A stretch of 64,000 bases of DNA from Blepharisma stoltei ATCC 30299. Taxonomy: Eukaryota > Protista > Ciliophora. Made by a program: the position numbers and the translations under genes. The notes under the pieces are model-generated. The model saw only the letters and a program-made list of their open reading frames with translations, made no database searches and was not told where the DNA came from. The stretch is taken from NCBI GenBank assembly GCA_965603825.1, contig CBFDEM010000001.1, positions 558,001-622,000 on the forward strand, written 5' to 3'. This document shows, piece by piece, positions 47,131-59,141 of the stretch (positions are counted from its first letter, which is position 1; every line of letters starts with the position of its first letter).

Positions 47131-47356
47131 GTTTAACTTAAAATTCATTAAAAATTGATATTGAATGATATTATATTGCAAAGCTTTTAATAAAATTTTA
47201 TTTAAAGCATATAAAATTAGCATTTTATAAAAATCAACTGATGAAAATTTTACAATAAATAACTCAAATAGGCAAAATAATTAAAATAACTAATTAATTT
47301 TTAAGTGTTTTATCTCCTACATAAAATGGTTATAATACATCATCTTTGTAGTCAAA

Positions 47357-48061
47357 ATGAACGCTGAACGTGTATTTCTTATGATGATCCCTAACAAAGA
47401 GCTTGAGTTCGAGTACATTCAGAATGCTACAGTCACTTCTTCATTAAATCTTAAAAACGTGCACACAGCTCCTGTAGCATTCAAAGTCCGCACAACTGCA
47501 CCAAAATCCTACTTGGTTAGGCCTAGCCAAGGAATTCTGTATCCTGGGGAAGCTAAAGAGCTAAGTATAATAATGCAGCCGCTTTCTGAGCACCCAGGAG
47601 ACGTCGCTCATCGATTTTTAGTCCAAGCTATCCCAACCCAGCTGAATCCTTCCACTTGTTCGTCCCAAGACCTAAACGATATCTGGACGAACGCCAAAGA
47701 AGGCTCACAAAATACAAAACTAAGCGTAAAAATCCTCGACGAGCAACGAGTGTTTCAGCCACGACCTACAGTATATATAGATCCTGTAGAAAATCAGCCA
47801 AAACCTTCAGTAGAAAAAATTGAGGAAATTAAAAAACAAATTAAAGAGCAGGCAAACTTTAATGCAAAACTGGAAGAAAAATCCAATGAACTTGAAGCAA
47901 AGCTAAAGAAATTAAATGAGGAGCAAAAAAGGAAAGAATTTGACCCTAAAAGAGTAGGGACAGAAACGGCAGATAAAGGATTTGGGTTGTTCCATATCTT
48001 GATGTGCTTGGTGGCTGGAATAATTTTAGGATATCTTTCATCAGTTAATAGAAATTATTAG
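47357..48061 (+). CDS. VAP/Scs2 family (MSP domain, coiled coil, TM)
   Basis: VAFKVRTTAPKSYLVRPSQG; C-terminal TM. Confidence 0.9.
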   Translation: MNAERVFLMMIPNKELEFEYIQNATVTSSLNLKNVHTAPVAFKVRTTAPKSYLVRPSQGILYPGEAKELSIIMQPLSEHPGDVAHRFLVQAIPTQLNPSTCSSQDLNDIWTNAKEGSQNTKLSVKILDEQRVFQPRPTVYIDPVENQPKPSVEKIEEIKKQIKEQANFNAKLEEKSNELEAKLKKLNEEQKRKEFDPKRVGTETADKGFGLFHILMCLVAGIILGYLSSVNRNY

Positions 48062-48096
48062 AAAATATAAACCATTTTGCCGTTAATAAATTTAAA

Positions 48097-48996
48097 ATGA
48101 AAACCCAGCTGATTGCTTTCTTGCTAGCTTTCACAATAAGCCAATCTTCAAGAGTTGACAGTGGAGATTTAGAAGACGCCACAAGTACAATTGTCCTAGA
48201 AATGGAGTCTTCAGAAGACCAAGCAATAAAACTGCTTGATCAGATCGCAGGTGACTTGCATAGAGAAAATCATCAAGCTATAAGTGATCTCAATAAGCAG
48301 ATTTCAGAGTGCAGCCAACAAGTTCAATTATATGAGTCACAGCTACTAAATTTAGATTCCTTTATTACTAGTCTTCAATCCAAAATTTCCTCTCTTCAGT
48401 CTAGCCAAGAAAATAGCTTAGAAAAAGTTGACGATGATATCAAAACTATTACCGTCCAAATCGCACTGTTAAAACAATCACATATTGACGATACTGCTTA
48501 TTACCAAAAGCGCATAGAAAACCATAAAGCTTCACTTAAAAATATTGAAGACAGCTTAGCTTATATCACAGACTTATCTGGGCCAGGCAGTGAAAAAGCG
48601 TCAAATATTCAAGACTTAGAAAGCTTGATTATTAACCTAAACCACCTAAAAAACAGCTTAGAAGAAGCAGTAGAAGAAGAATATAGAAGCCAAGAAGAGC
48701 TTAACAGCCAAGATTTAGTCAAACAAATGGAAAATAGCTTAAATGATATGACTTATAATAAGGTAAATTTAGAAGACCAAAAGAAAGAACTTAACCAAGA
48801 GCTCGAAGAGAGTTTGGCAGCTTTAAGAAGGACACAAGAACAAAAGGCAGCTTTAAGTAAAGCTCTTTTAAATGAAAAAGTACTCTGTGGAGGCTTTAAA
48901 GAGCAGCTATCATCCTTACTAAAAGAAGCACAAAGTGAAAAAGATACGATAGAAAAAGTTTATTCTGCAGCAAAAGAAGAGGCTTTTGCTATTTAA
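48097..48996 (+). CDS. Secreted acidic coiled-coil protein (possibly related to trichocyst-matrix/granule-lattice proteins)
   Basis: Signal peptide, long acidic heptad repeats, two isolated Cys. The family call is tentative. Confidence 0.55.
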   Translation: MKTQLIAFLLAFTISQSSRVDSGDLEDATSTIVLEMESSEDQAIKLLDQIAGDLHRENHQAISDLNKQISECSQQVQLYESQLLNLDSFITSLQSKISSLQSSQENSLEKVDDDIKTITVQIALLKQSHIDDTAYYQKRIENHKASLKNIEDSLAYITDLSGPGSEKASNIQDLESLIINLNHLKNSLEEAVEEEYRSQEELNSQDLVKQMENSLNDMTYNKVNLEDQKKELNQELEESLAALRRTQEQKAALSKALLNEKVLCGGFKEQLSSLLKEAQSEKDTIEKVYSAAKEEAFAI

Positions 48997-50123
48997 TTTT
49001 TTTAAAATATTAATCTTATTATAAAAATTGCAAAGCTTGTACAATTAAGGCCAGCTCTTAGCCTTTGATAAGTAATTCGTATTTTATGATCATAAAAGAG
49101 CAAGAAAAGAAATCGAGCCAAGAGCTTAGATACCAAGAAAGCCAATATTCAAGCTGCAAAAGCTATCTAAAATCTATTAGTAGCCAGATGCAGAATGGGA
49201 AAATCCTAGTCTCAAAAGATGATTAACTCACAGTTATAATGATGGGCTCACTATTTAGATAAAAAAGAGATTTAGCTCCTATTGCAAAACTCTTGCCGAG
49301 TTCAGTACATTATGGCATTGGTAATGGAATGGCAGGAATTCAGATATTGCTGGGTATTTGTTATAACAGATTTTTCTGGTTATCAGCAACATTAGCTGAA
49401 ACAGTTAGCTAAATCCTATAGAATTGCTGAAAGTTTAAAGTCTCTCAACAATTAATCTTAAGGAGATATGGATTTAAAATTTTCAAAAACGGAGCAATTG
49501 GCAAGAAAACTCAATGCTTATGGGTCTTTAAGTGCTACCCAGCATTTGTAATTAGAAACTGAGCTTTTGAAGATGATTCTTAAAATTAAAGAGAGTTAGT
49601 GCCAAAAAAAGCATAATTATTTATTTTTTTTATGAGCCTTCAAGAAATGCCTCAGTAATTTTACTTAAAATCAAAATAAATGGAATGAATAAACATAATT
49701 GAAAAATAAAAATTGTGTTAATAATCCATTAAAAATCTAAGAGAAATTATGAAATACCTTGTAATAAAATCTAAACAATGTCCAAAACCTAAAAGCCGCT
49801 TAAATCAAATTTTTCCGAAATTCCGTTTAAGTAGCAATTCTTGCTGTCTCTTCTCAAAGTAGCCTATAATTTGTGTAAATTAGCTAATCTTAAATACTTT
49901 ATTACCTTTACGACTTTATTTATTTCCAGCTTACCAGCAACAGCATCTCACTATTCACCATCCATACCCACAGAAATCTTTTCAAGATGCAAAATTTTTC
50001 TCTGAAAATTTGTCTCAATTCCCAAATTAACCATAGATCACCCTCAATAAATTCTTTATTTTATAGATATCCAAACCTACTACAGATTAATTATTGGCGA
50101 TATCCCATCTTATAATAATTATC

Positions 50124-51641
50124 ATGCAAATTAATGAAATCTTCTTGGACCGATATCATATTACTGAACTAATAGGTTCAGGTGGTTTTGGTAATGTCTA
50201 TAGAGCGACTGACCTAAAAACCAGTCAAGAATACGCCATAAAAATTGACGTAAAAAAACGAAACCAAACTCTATTGGAATCGAAAATTCTTCTAGACCTG
50301 CAAGGGGGAGACGGAATTCCCAAGCTGTATACAGCAGGAAAATACGCAGATTTGAGCTATATGATCACAGAGCTCCTTGGGCCAAATATAAACACGCTAA
50401 AAGAAGAGAGAGGAAAAAAGCTTGAGCTAAATACAGCTGTAACCGTTGGGAACCAAGTTTTGGACAGGCTTGAGTATATACATAGCCGCGGGTATATTCA
50501 TAGAGACGTAAAGCCTTCTCAATTTTTGCTTTCTATGAATAAGAAAGACATTTATGTTTGCGATTTCGGACTCTCCTGCAAGTATTTTTATGGGAACTCC
50601 CATATACCGTTTCGTGGCCACTGCAATAGGATCGGCAGTCCCAGTTTTGCTTCCCTTAATCTTCATTTAGGTTTTCAGTGTTCAAGAAGAGACGATTTAG
50701 AGTCTTTGTCATATATGCTAGTATATATGGTAAAAGGGAGTCTACCATGGAACCAAAATAAATTTGAGAATTCAGAGAAATGGCAGTCTATTTACGCCCT
50801 TAAAGCAAAAATAAGCCCCACGACGCTCTGCAATGGCTGCCCACCAGAATTTGAGAAATTTTTGAACTATTCCCGAGGACTAAAATTTGAAGAAAAACCT
50901 GACTATAGGTATTTAAAGTCTTTACTTTCTAATGCAGCTACAAGAGATTATATGACAGGGTATTTAGAATGGCTCCCATTTTCAGAAGTATCTGGCAAGA
51001 GAAAGCGAAAAAATCAGAAAAATAAGTCATTTGGCGACAATTTTGAAGAAGATAGCAGTCTTGATTCAATACCTTCATCAGTAAGAAAAGCAAGGAGAAG
51101 AAGCGTCAAAACGAAAACCATTGCCCCAGATGACGACGTTATGATAAAAGTAAAGCCAAGAAGGTCTATGTCTATTACCAAATTGGAAAGAATCAAAGAT
51201 AACGATAGAAAGGAAAAAAATAGAAACTCCAGCGGCGATTCGTCACCTAGTTTAATTGTACTGCATAGAGTAAAAAGAACTAGGAGAAAAGGTTCAATGG
51301 GCGCACAAAGTGATAGTCCTCAAATGAACTTTAGCGAAAGTCCTACACTTAATCCAAGTGAAAGCATTGAAAGAGATAACTTTATTATGAGAAATCTAAT
51401 GCCGGGGCTAAATGATATTAATGTAAGCCCGTTTTGTGAAATTCCTACCCGTGACGATAACACCCCGAGAGCTGGACTTCCTCAAATTTTGAATAGAGGG
51501 ATTTTAAGGGAATTGAGGAAAAGAGAAAAAATTGAAGGAGTTGGCTCTGAGACAGTCAAAAATATAACGAAAAAGCTGAGAGATGAAGTCAAGGAGACTT
51601 CATTAAAAAACGAGTCAAGCGAGTCATGTATTTTATTTTAA
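50124..51641 (+). CDS. Casein kinase 1 family kinase with long basic tail and CaaX end
   Basis: IGSGGFGNVY, HRDVKP, DFG, SRRDDLESL, YSRGLKFEEKPDY; ends CILF. Confidence 0.9.
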   Translation: MQINEIFLDRYHITELIGSGGFGNVYRATDLKTSQEYAIKIDVKKRNQTLLESKILLDLQGGDGIPKLYTAGKYADLSYMITELLGPNINTLKEERGKKLELNTAVTVGNQVLDRLEYIHSRGYIHRDVKPSQFLLSMNKKDIYVCDFGLSCKYFYGNSHIPFRGHCNRIGSPSFASLNLHLGFQCSRRDDLESLSYMLVYMVKGSLPWNQNKFENSEKWQSIYALKAKISPTTLCNGCPPEFEKFLNYSRGLKFEEKPDYRYLKSLLSNAATRDYMTGYLEWLPFSEVSGKRKRKNQKNKSFGDNFEEDSSLDSIPSSVRKARRRSVKTKTIAPDDDVMIKVKPRRSMSITKLERIKDNDRKEKNRNSSGDSSPSLIVLHRVKRTRRKGSMGAQSDSPQMNFSESPTLNPSESIERDNFIMRNLMPGLNDINVSPFCEIPTRDDNTPRAGLPQILNRGILRELRKREKIEGVGSETVKNITKKLRDEVKETSLKNESSESCILF

Positions 51642-51709
51642 AATGAGACTATAGTTCTAAATCCTAAAAATAAAAATTATCATATAAGGAGAAATTTAAA
51701 TAAATAAAA

Positions 51710-52129
51710 ATGAAGTTTCTAGTAATTCTAGGATTACTAGTATTGACTTATAGCTTTATTAAAGAGAAAGAGGTTTATGATCTAATGGGGCCAAGCATTG
51801 ATGATTTTCAAGCGAAATTCAGAAATGAGACCAGAGTATTAGCATTTTATTCCCCAGTCAATAAGAAAATCAAAGAATTTTTAACTCACTATTCAGAAGC
51901 TGCGAAGAAATTTATGAACGATAAAACTCCGGTCAGGCTAGGAAAAATTGATATTACAAATCCAAGCAACAAAGAGTATGTGAAAAAATATAATATTCAA
52001 AGCACCCCTTCTATAATTTACTTTTTAGAAGATAGTGATGAGTTGAGAGTCTATAAGGATGGCAAGACTTATGATGATTATATTGAAGTTTTCACTAGTA
52101 AAACCCAATACAAAAGAATAGATTTATAA
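51710..52129 (+). CDS. ER thioredoxin-fold (PDI-like, no CxxC) protein
   Basis: Signal peptide, VLAFYSP, LGKID, YNIQSTPSIIYF; KDEL-like RIDL end. Confidence 0.7.
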   Translation: MKFLVILGLLVLTYSFIKEKEVYDLMGPSIDDFQAKFRNETRVLAFYSPVNKKIKEFLTHYSEAAKKFMNDKTPVRLGKIDITNPSNKEYVKKYNIQSTPSIIYFLEDSDELRVYKDGKTYDDYIEVFTSKTQYKRIDL

Positions 52130-52159
52130 GTAATATTTTTTATTAGATAAGAATTAATA

Positions 52160-52960
52160 ATGAACGAGTATCTTATACAAAAAAACAGCCTACCAGTGCT
52201 TACAAGTAAAAGGATCCGTGAGATCATCGAAAAACCTACCAAAATTAGCTATTCCACCAGGCTCACCCAAAACTTGGTATCCCAGTCCCTCAGCTCCCCT
52301 TTAAGTCCTCAAGCTTCTAAATCCTTTCTTCCGTTCATATCTGAACGAGATTCCAGTGGGAAAATCCTTCCTTCCAAATCTGAGACTTCTCTGCCTAGCA
52401 TTGTCAATATAATTAAAGGCTCAAAATCCGAAATAAATATCGACCAATCATCCCCAAAATCTGGGAAAAAACCACTAGAAAGTATCGAAGAGCTCGGAAA
52501 TCCAGAAAAAAACAGAAAAAAATACCAAAAAGTGTACCGCTTGACGTCTCCTAAAAGAGTCCAGCTTCCAGCGGTAGGGTTTTATAATATCCAATCATCT
52601 TTTGATAAAAAAGATATAGGGTTTTATTCGCCCAAAGCAGAAAAGTGCCTTGAAATTATAAGAGATGCCAGCCCAGTTCCAAAAAATGATGTAACACCTA
52701 ATAATGAATTTCAAGAAAAACAGAGCCCATTGCCAGACATAAAAAAAGTGCATGGAAGACTTAAAAAGTTTGCTTCTCGTAAACATGCTGTCAATGATAC
52801 AAGCATAAAGAATCATAATAAATATTCCCTTATTCATCCGACCTTGGCTGACGTTGACATTAATGGGTATATGCATGAAATTTCTGACCTTGAAAAAAAT
52901 ATTCAAGAACAGCTAAACGACTTGAAAAAGTCTCATAAAAAGCTGACGATGCTATATTAA
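52160..52960 (+). CDS. Hypothetical protein
   Basis: 266-aa ATG to TAA ORF filling the space between neighbours. Confidence 0.6.
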   Translation: MNEYLIQKNSLPVLTSKRIREIIEKPTKISYSTRLTQNLVSQSLSSPLSPQASKSFLPFISERDSSGKILPSKSETSLPSIVNIIKGSKSEINIDQSSPKSGKKPLESIEELGNPEKNRKKYQKVYRLTSPKRVQLPAVGFYNIQSSFDKKDIGFYSPKAEKCLEIIRDASPVPKNDVTPNNEFQEKQSPLPDIKKVHGRLKKFASRKHAVNDTSIKNHNKYSLIHPTLADVDINGYMHEISDLEKNIQEQLNDLKKSHKKLTMLY

Positions 52961-52993
52961 TATACGTTAGTTCATAAATAATTTTACTTAAAA

Positions 52994-53788
52994 ATGGGTA
53001 GATGCACAGGGGTTCAGTGGTATTATCAGATTCAATTCCTTCTATTTGTATTCTTGATGGCATACTCTTTTTACTTTGCCTCAAAATTTGCAGATGATAA
53101 ATGCTATGGAAAAAAGCAGGTTGAGAGCTGCCCTACAAGAAGGCTCTTAGAATCAGGAAATGGAAATAATACAGATATTGATTTTTCTAAGGAAAAATCA
53201 ATTTTCCTAGCTGATGTCAGCTCAACCGATTATAATTATGCAGATACTGTCAACCTTACCTATTTTGACGAAAATCACAGATTTTTGGCAACTACAAACG
53301 TTACCGATACATCAACGAGCTATACCGCAATCGCAATAGTTTTAGCTTTTATCTATATCTCAGAAATTGGCTTACTCTTTATTCTTATCTTATTTTTATA
53401 TTATTTTTCAAACCTAGACATCGCGAAATTTGCAAAACTCGGGTGATGCCAAAGGTGCGGAGGCAAATTGTCCAAATGTTTCCCTTATCTCATAGTTTTG
53501 GCTCATTATGCAGCTTTAATTCTAGTTCTCGTCGAAATTCTGCTTGTATTTGGCCTTAAAAACTGTGAGCAAGCAATGCATAATGACACAGCTAGCGGAG
53601 ACTGCAAAATTGGGCAGCTTCAAACTGAAGGAGAAGCATATGCAATAGTTGTCGTGATCTTATGGGCCTGCATGCACATTATTGGAGGGTTTATAAGGCG
53701 AAATGTGTACTATGACTCTTTCTTTTACCAGCCAGAAGACAAGTCGAAGGTATGGAAAAATTGGTGTTTTGTTAAGTGCGGACCTTAA
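52994..53788 (+). CDS. Hypothetical multi-pass (~4 TM) membrane protein
   Basis: Two ORFs in one frame joined by TGA 53444; four hydrophobic segments. Confidence 0.65.
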
Positions 53789-53813
53789 TCCTAATTTAAT
53801 TACTAATTCATAA

Positions 53814-56800
53814 ATGGATTCAGGTAAAAAGTCAAAAAAGAGCTTAATGTCTGAAGACGAAATTTTACAAAATTTAGGCAGATGAGGTGGCTTAGAAGCT
53901 GAACAAATCATAGAAAAAACAAGTGTGACCAAAATTGAAATTTCTTTAGAAGTCCTCGACAATATGAGCTTTTTAAGTTCCTTTGAAAATATTCGAAGCT
54001 TGACTTTGGTCGCTTTAATGATTGAAAAAATAGAAGGGCTTAATCACATGCAGTTCCTAGAAGAAGTCTGGCTTGACCAAAATTTTATTTCGAAAATAGA
54101 AGGATTAGAATTTTCAGTCAACCTAAAAAGGTTGCATATCTCTAATAACAAAATCGAAATTATAGAAGGCCTCGAGAACTGTGAAAACCTAGAAGTCCTC
54201 TGGCTTAATGAAAACAAAATAGACAGCTTGGACGGACTATGGCGGCTTAAATCATTAAAGCAGCTTTGAGTCGCCAAAAACAAAATCGTCAAAATCGGCT
54301 CAACATTGACAAATCTAAAGAAACTTTATGATCTTAACCTGTCAGGAAACTTAATTGGGAGCTTTAAAGACGTCCTGAACTTAAAAAGTCTGCCAGCCCT
54401 TGACATTTTGACTCTAAATGACCCTCATTTTACTGAAAATCCAGTCTGTAATTTGTGCAATTATCAGACGTTTATGATTTTTCAGTTCCCAAAAGTAAAG
54501 AAATTGGATACTTATAGTATCACAGACGAGGCCAGAAGCTACGCAGAGGCTACTTTTTTGAAGAAACAGATGTATTATAATATGAGGATAAAAACAATCA
54601 AAAGGACAGCTTCAAATATAAAAATTGCACTTACAAATTTAGCACAGAAATACCAGCAGTTTTTATTTGATGATCTTCTACCACTCGAAAAAGAACTCAA
54701 ATTAACTGAAAGCGAGTGCGAAAATAGGATGAACCCTAAAGAAAGCATTGGAGAATTGTATATCTATAATCCCGCAAATGCTTTAGACTCTGAGCCTATA
54801 AGTGTAATAATCCCCAAACTCCAAAAAAAGACCCAAGCTCTGCAAAAAGAAATATCCAGGGAATATAAAAACATTAAAAATGTTGACAATATCTGCCATT
54901 TACTTCAGCACAAAGTAGAAAGAATGTGCAAAGAAAACATAAATCGGCTTATCACAGAGCTAGACACAGGTGGGAATATTAGGTTTGAAGAAGGCAAACC
55001 TGCCGATAACTGATACACAAGCTGCGTGGATTTATTGTTATCCCGTTATAAAGGGCTACCACAAGTAAAAGTCACCAAAGTTACGAGGATCCACAACCGA
55101 TTCTTGAGAAATCGCTTTGAAGAGAAGCTGGACCAGGTCACTGACACGTCAAGCTCTACCTATAAGCGGAGTTTAGAGTACTTATTTTATGGGATTGACA
55201 CAAATTTACCGTCAGAAATCCATAGGGTTATGGAAGAAGGGTTTAGAACTCCTGATGAGTATAGAGATATAAACCTCCCAGGGTGCATCCCGCTAGTAAA
55301 TTCAGTGCAGACTGCTGAGCTGTCAAGGCTGAGAAGCTGTGATATAGAGACAGATAGGATTTTTCAGTCTTCAGGGCAGCTGCTGATATGTAAAGTGTTT
55401 ATTGGGGATGGAGTAGAAGAAAGCAAGGTTTCTACGTATAGGAGCAAAATGACAGTAGCAGAAGCCTGGCACCAGTTGCCTGTTAGACCAGAAGGAAAGT
55501 GCTGAGCAGTACACAGAACCCGAGAAGATGACCCAAAAATCAAGCTTTGGTTTATATTTGACAATACATTGGTATTACCAGAATACCTAGTAGAGTTTGA
55601 ATATGTAGGAGGAAATCTAAGCCTAAAAGAAATCCCAGAAGGCTTAGAAACTGAAGAACTTGAAAAATCTGAGCTAAGCTCTTTCACCTTATCTTTATCT
55701 GCATTTATAGATCTCTGCAAGACAGACCATGAAATCAAACATATAAAAATCGACCCAAAACTGCCTAAAAGGTCTACAATTGCAGAAATAACTGAGCAGG
55801 CATTGTATAAAGCATCAAAAGAGCTGAATATTTTGAATATCACTAGTCTAAATTTATCGTGCAATAATATCAGTAATTTATCAGCAATAAAAGCGGCAGA
55901 AAACCTAGAACATCTTTGCTTGAGTTTTAACTGTGTTGAGTCAATAGAAGACTTAAAAGGCTGCTATAACCTAAGAAAGCTTGATTTAAGCCACAATTTA
56001 ATTACCTGGCTTGACTATGTAGAAGGACTGGTCTCTCTTGAAGCACTGCATATTTCTCACAACAATATTGCTGATATAAGAAATTTATTCAAGCTAAACC
56101 ATGTAAAAGAACTATTAAAACTGTCAATGATTGGAAACCCTATAGCTTCTCATACAAGATACAGACAGCTTATTCTAATATCATCAAAAAAACTGGCTAT
56201 GCTGGACTGAGAAAAAATTCCTTCAGACGAAAAAGAAGAATTCAGCAGCCAAAGCACAATCTCAATTACCCTGGATATGGTGAAGTCTCAATCCAGCTTT
56301 GAAATTGATATATTTTCTAAGCCAAAAACAGATTGGATTATGTCACAAGAAAAATTAATCCTAAACAACCAAAAATTAACAACTTTGCAAGGCGTCGAAA
56401 TATTTAACAACCTAAAAGTACTTTCCTGTGCAGGAAATATGATAAAAGAAATCGCAGGGCTCAATAGATGTATACTGCTAGAAGAGCTGTGTTTAGAAAA
56501 TAACATGATTTCTATAATAGAAAACTTACAAAGTCTAGTGTATCTGAAAAAGCTTAATCTAGGCAGAAATTTTATCAGTAAAATTGAGAATTTAAAGGAC
56601 TCAAAATGCCTCACACAGCTTTCGCTCGAGGACAATTTAATTGAGTCACTGGCAGGTGTTGAAGATTTACAAGGGATTATGGAGCTTTATATATGAAATA
56701 ACAAACTTTCTAACCTAAAAGAAATTCTGCTGCTAAAAGGGCTGCCAAAACTTATGATTTTAGATATATACGGCAACCCGCTTTCTAAAGAGCAGAATTC

Positions 56801-57884
56801 CCGACTTTATATGATTTTTAACCTGAAAAAGCTTAAGGTGTTAGATGGGGTTGGGGTAGAAAGTTCAGAGCAGCACTACGCTAAAGAGTCATACGGCGGA
56901 AAACTAAGTGAAGATATATTACAGAGCCGCTTAAATGGGATTCATCAGTTTGATATAAGAGTATTAGATTTATCGTCAGCAAAACTGAAATCTTTTGACA
57001 ATGTGTTTAACCAAGAATTATTCCCTAACCTTGTAGAACTCAATTTGACGGATAACCATTTAGTATCTTTAAGGTGCTTTGGGTTTATGCCGAGGCTTGC
57101 TAAGCTGCAGCTATGCAAAAATAAAATCGAGTCTTTAAGCTGTAACGATGCTAAAGGGATTTCTGCGCTACCGAATTTAGAAGCGCTAGATTTGTCGTAT
57201 AATAGCTTAGAAAGCTTATATGGGCTGCAGTTTGGAAAGCTCTCACTACTAAGAGTGCTGGTGTGCTCTAATAATCAGATAGAAAATATTGAGTACTTGG
57301 AAAATCTGATTAATTTAAGAGAATTGGATTTGGCTGCAAATAATATAAAACAAATAGATTTCAATTCATTAGCAAATCAGCCAAATTTAAGATTTCTAAG
57401 ACTTGATGAAAATAGGATCCGAAGTTTATCAAATCTTGGGCATCTAGCCAAACTGCAGTGTTTACAGATCGCTTCTAATAGAATTCAAGACTATTTAGAA
57501 CTTGATAAGCTAGGAGACCTGAATAACTTAATGGAGCTTGGAATTTCAAATAACCCAATTTCCAGGAAAACTCCATACAGGATCAGCGTAATCAAAAGAA
57601 TCCCCCAGCTCATGTTTTTAGATGGCCAAGATGTGACTCCAGACGAAAAAGAAAAAATTGATAACGTTCAAGATGTAAAGCCATCACCATTAGTCCATCT
57701 TGCCCCACAGAATATAAATAAATTAGCTGGAATAAAGCTGACTTCTGTCAACCTAGACACAGTTTTTGGGAAAAGTGAGAGGGAACAGAATAAAAAACCT
57801 CCGAGCGCGCAGCTTGGAAATGTGCTGGGCGTGACACCTTTGACAAGTCTTCTAAAAGGCAAAGGGCCTAAAGGCAGAAGATAA
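53814..57884 (+). CDS. LRRC9: LRRC9-like leucine-rich-repeat protein, ~1356 aa
   Basis: Six ORFs in one frame joined by TGA. SDS22-type LRRs, NPVCNLCNYQT, KKQMYYNMRIKT, ELDTGGNIRFEEG, RIHNRFLRNRFEEK, LPEYLVEFEY. Confidence 0.85.
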
Positions 57885-57943
57885 TTCTGATTTTGGCTTG
57901 TTTAAACTAGTTTATTATCATATCTAATCATTTATGAATATAA

Positions 57944-58996
57944 ATGGGACAAGTAAATTGTTCAAACTGCACCTGCAACAAAAAAGAAAATGAGCTTAAC
58001 GTCGAGCTCGACCTCAAAGAAGACCCCCAACGCCAAGAAGCAACTGCGGAAGACAGTTTTTCCCCAATTTCCAAAAACCTGTCAAAATCTTCTTCTAAAT
58101 CCTCATTGAAAAATCATAATTTTTCGCAATACACCCAGCAGATAATAAAACTCCAAGCTTTATGAAGAGGCTACCAAACTCGTAAACTTTATACACACTT
58201 GAAAGGCAGTAAATCTCTTAGAAAATCTCATTTTTCTCCTTTAGAAGCTAAAGAGACTTCAAAACTTAAATTCAATACCAATGAACGTGAAGAGCGGCTT
58301 CCTTACACTTATAAAAGTGGTGCTGTATACATTGGCCAATGAAAAGGCACCAACAGAGATGGCTATGGCAGCCAAAAATGGCCTGACGACGCAAAGTACG
58401 AAGGCCAATGGAAAAATAACAAAGCAAATGGCCATGGCAAATTTTGACATGTTGACGGCGACATTTTCGAAGGCAATTGGCAAGACGAAAAAGCTAACGG
58501 CAAAGGCGTCTATTTCCATTTAAACGGCGCTAGATACGAAGGAGACTGAAAAAACGATCTGCAAGAAGGCTACGGAATTGAAGTCTGGATGGACACAAGT
58601 CGCTATGAAGGCTTCTACAAGGCTGGAAAAAAGCATGGTTTTGGGATGTACGTCTGAAATGACGGAAGTAAATACGTAGGACAGTGGGTTGACAATAAAA
58701 TTAGTGGGAGAGGAATATATACATGGCTGGATGGGAGGAGGTATGAAGGGGAATGACAAAATAATAATATGCATGGGTATGGGATTTATCAGTGGAGGGA
58801 TGGCAGAAGGTATGAAGGAGAGTATAGGTTTGACAAAAAACACGGAAGAGGGGTTTATACCTGGGCGGATGGGAAAAAGTATGATGGGGAGTGGAGGAAC
58901 GGAAAACAGCATGGAGAAGGAATGCATATTTTTCCGAATGGAGAGACCAGGAGAGCAATTTGGCAGGATGGGAAAAAGATCAGGAATCTTGACTAA
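57944..58996 (+). CDS. IQ motif + MORN-repeat protein with putative N-terminal acylation site
   Basis: [11 protein letters not shown]; IIKLQALW(TGA)RGYQTRK; repeats such as YIGQW, YEGDW, YEGEW, five of the Trp codons being TGA. Confidence 0.88.
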
Positions 58997-59141
58997 TGTA
59001 ATTCATTATTTTTTAAACCGGATAAATTCGTAAGAAAACAGTCTGAATCCATTTTAAAATTTTAAATAATCAGAAAATCTCAATTTTCTATCAAAACTGA
59101 GTGTTTCCTCAACTAAATTTTTATATAGCCGTTTATTATAT

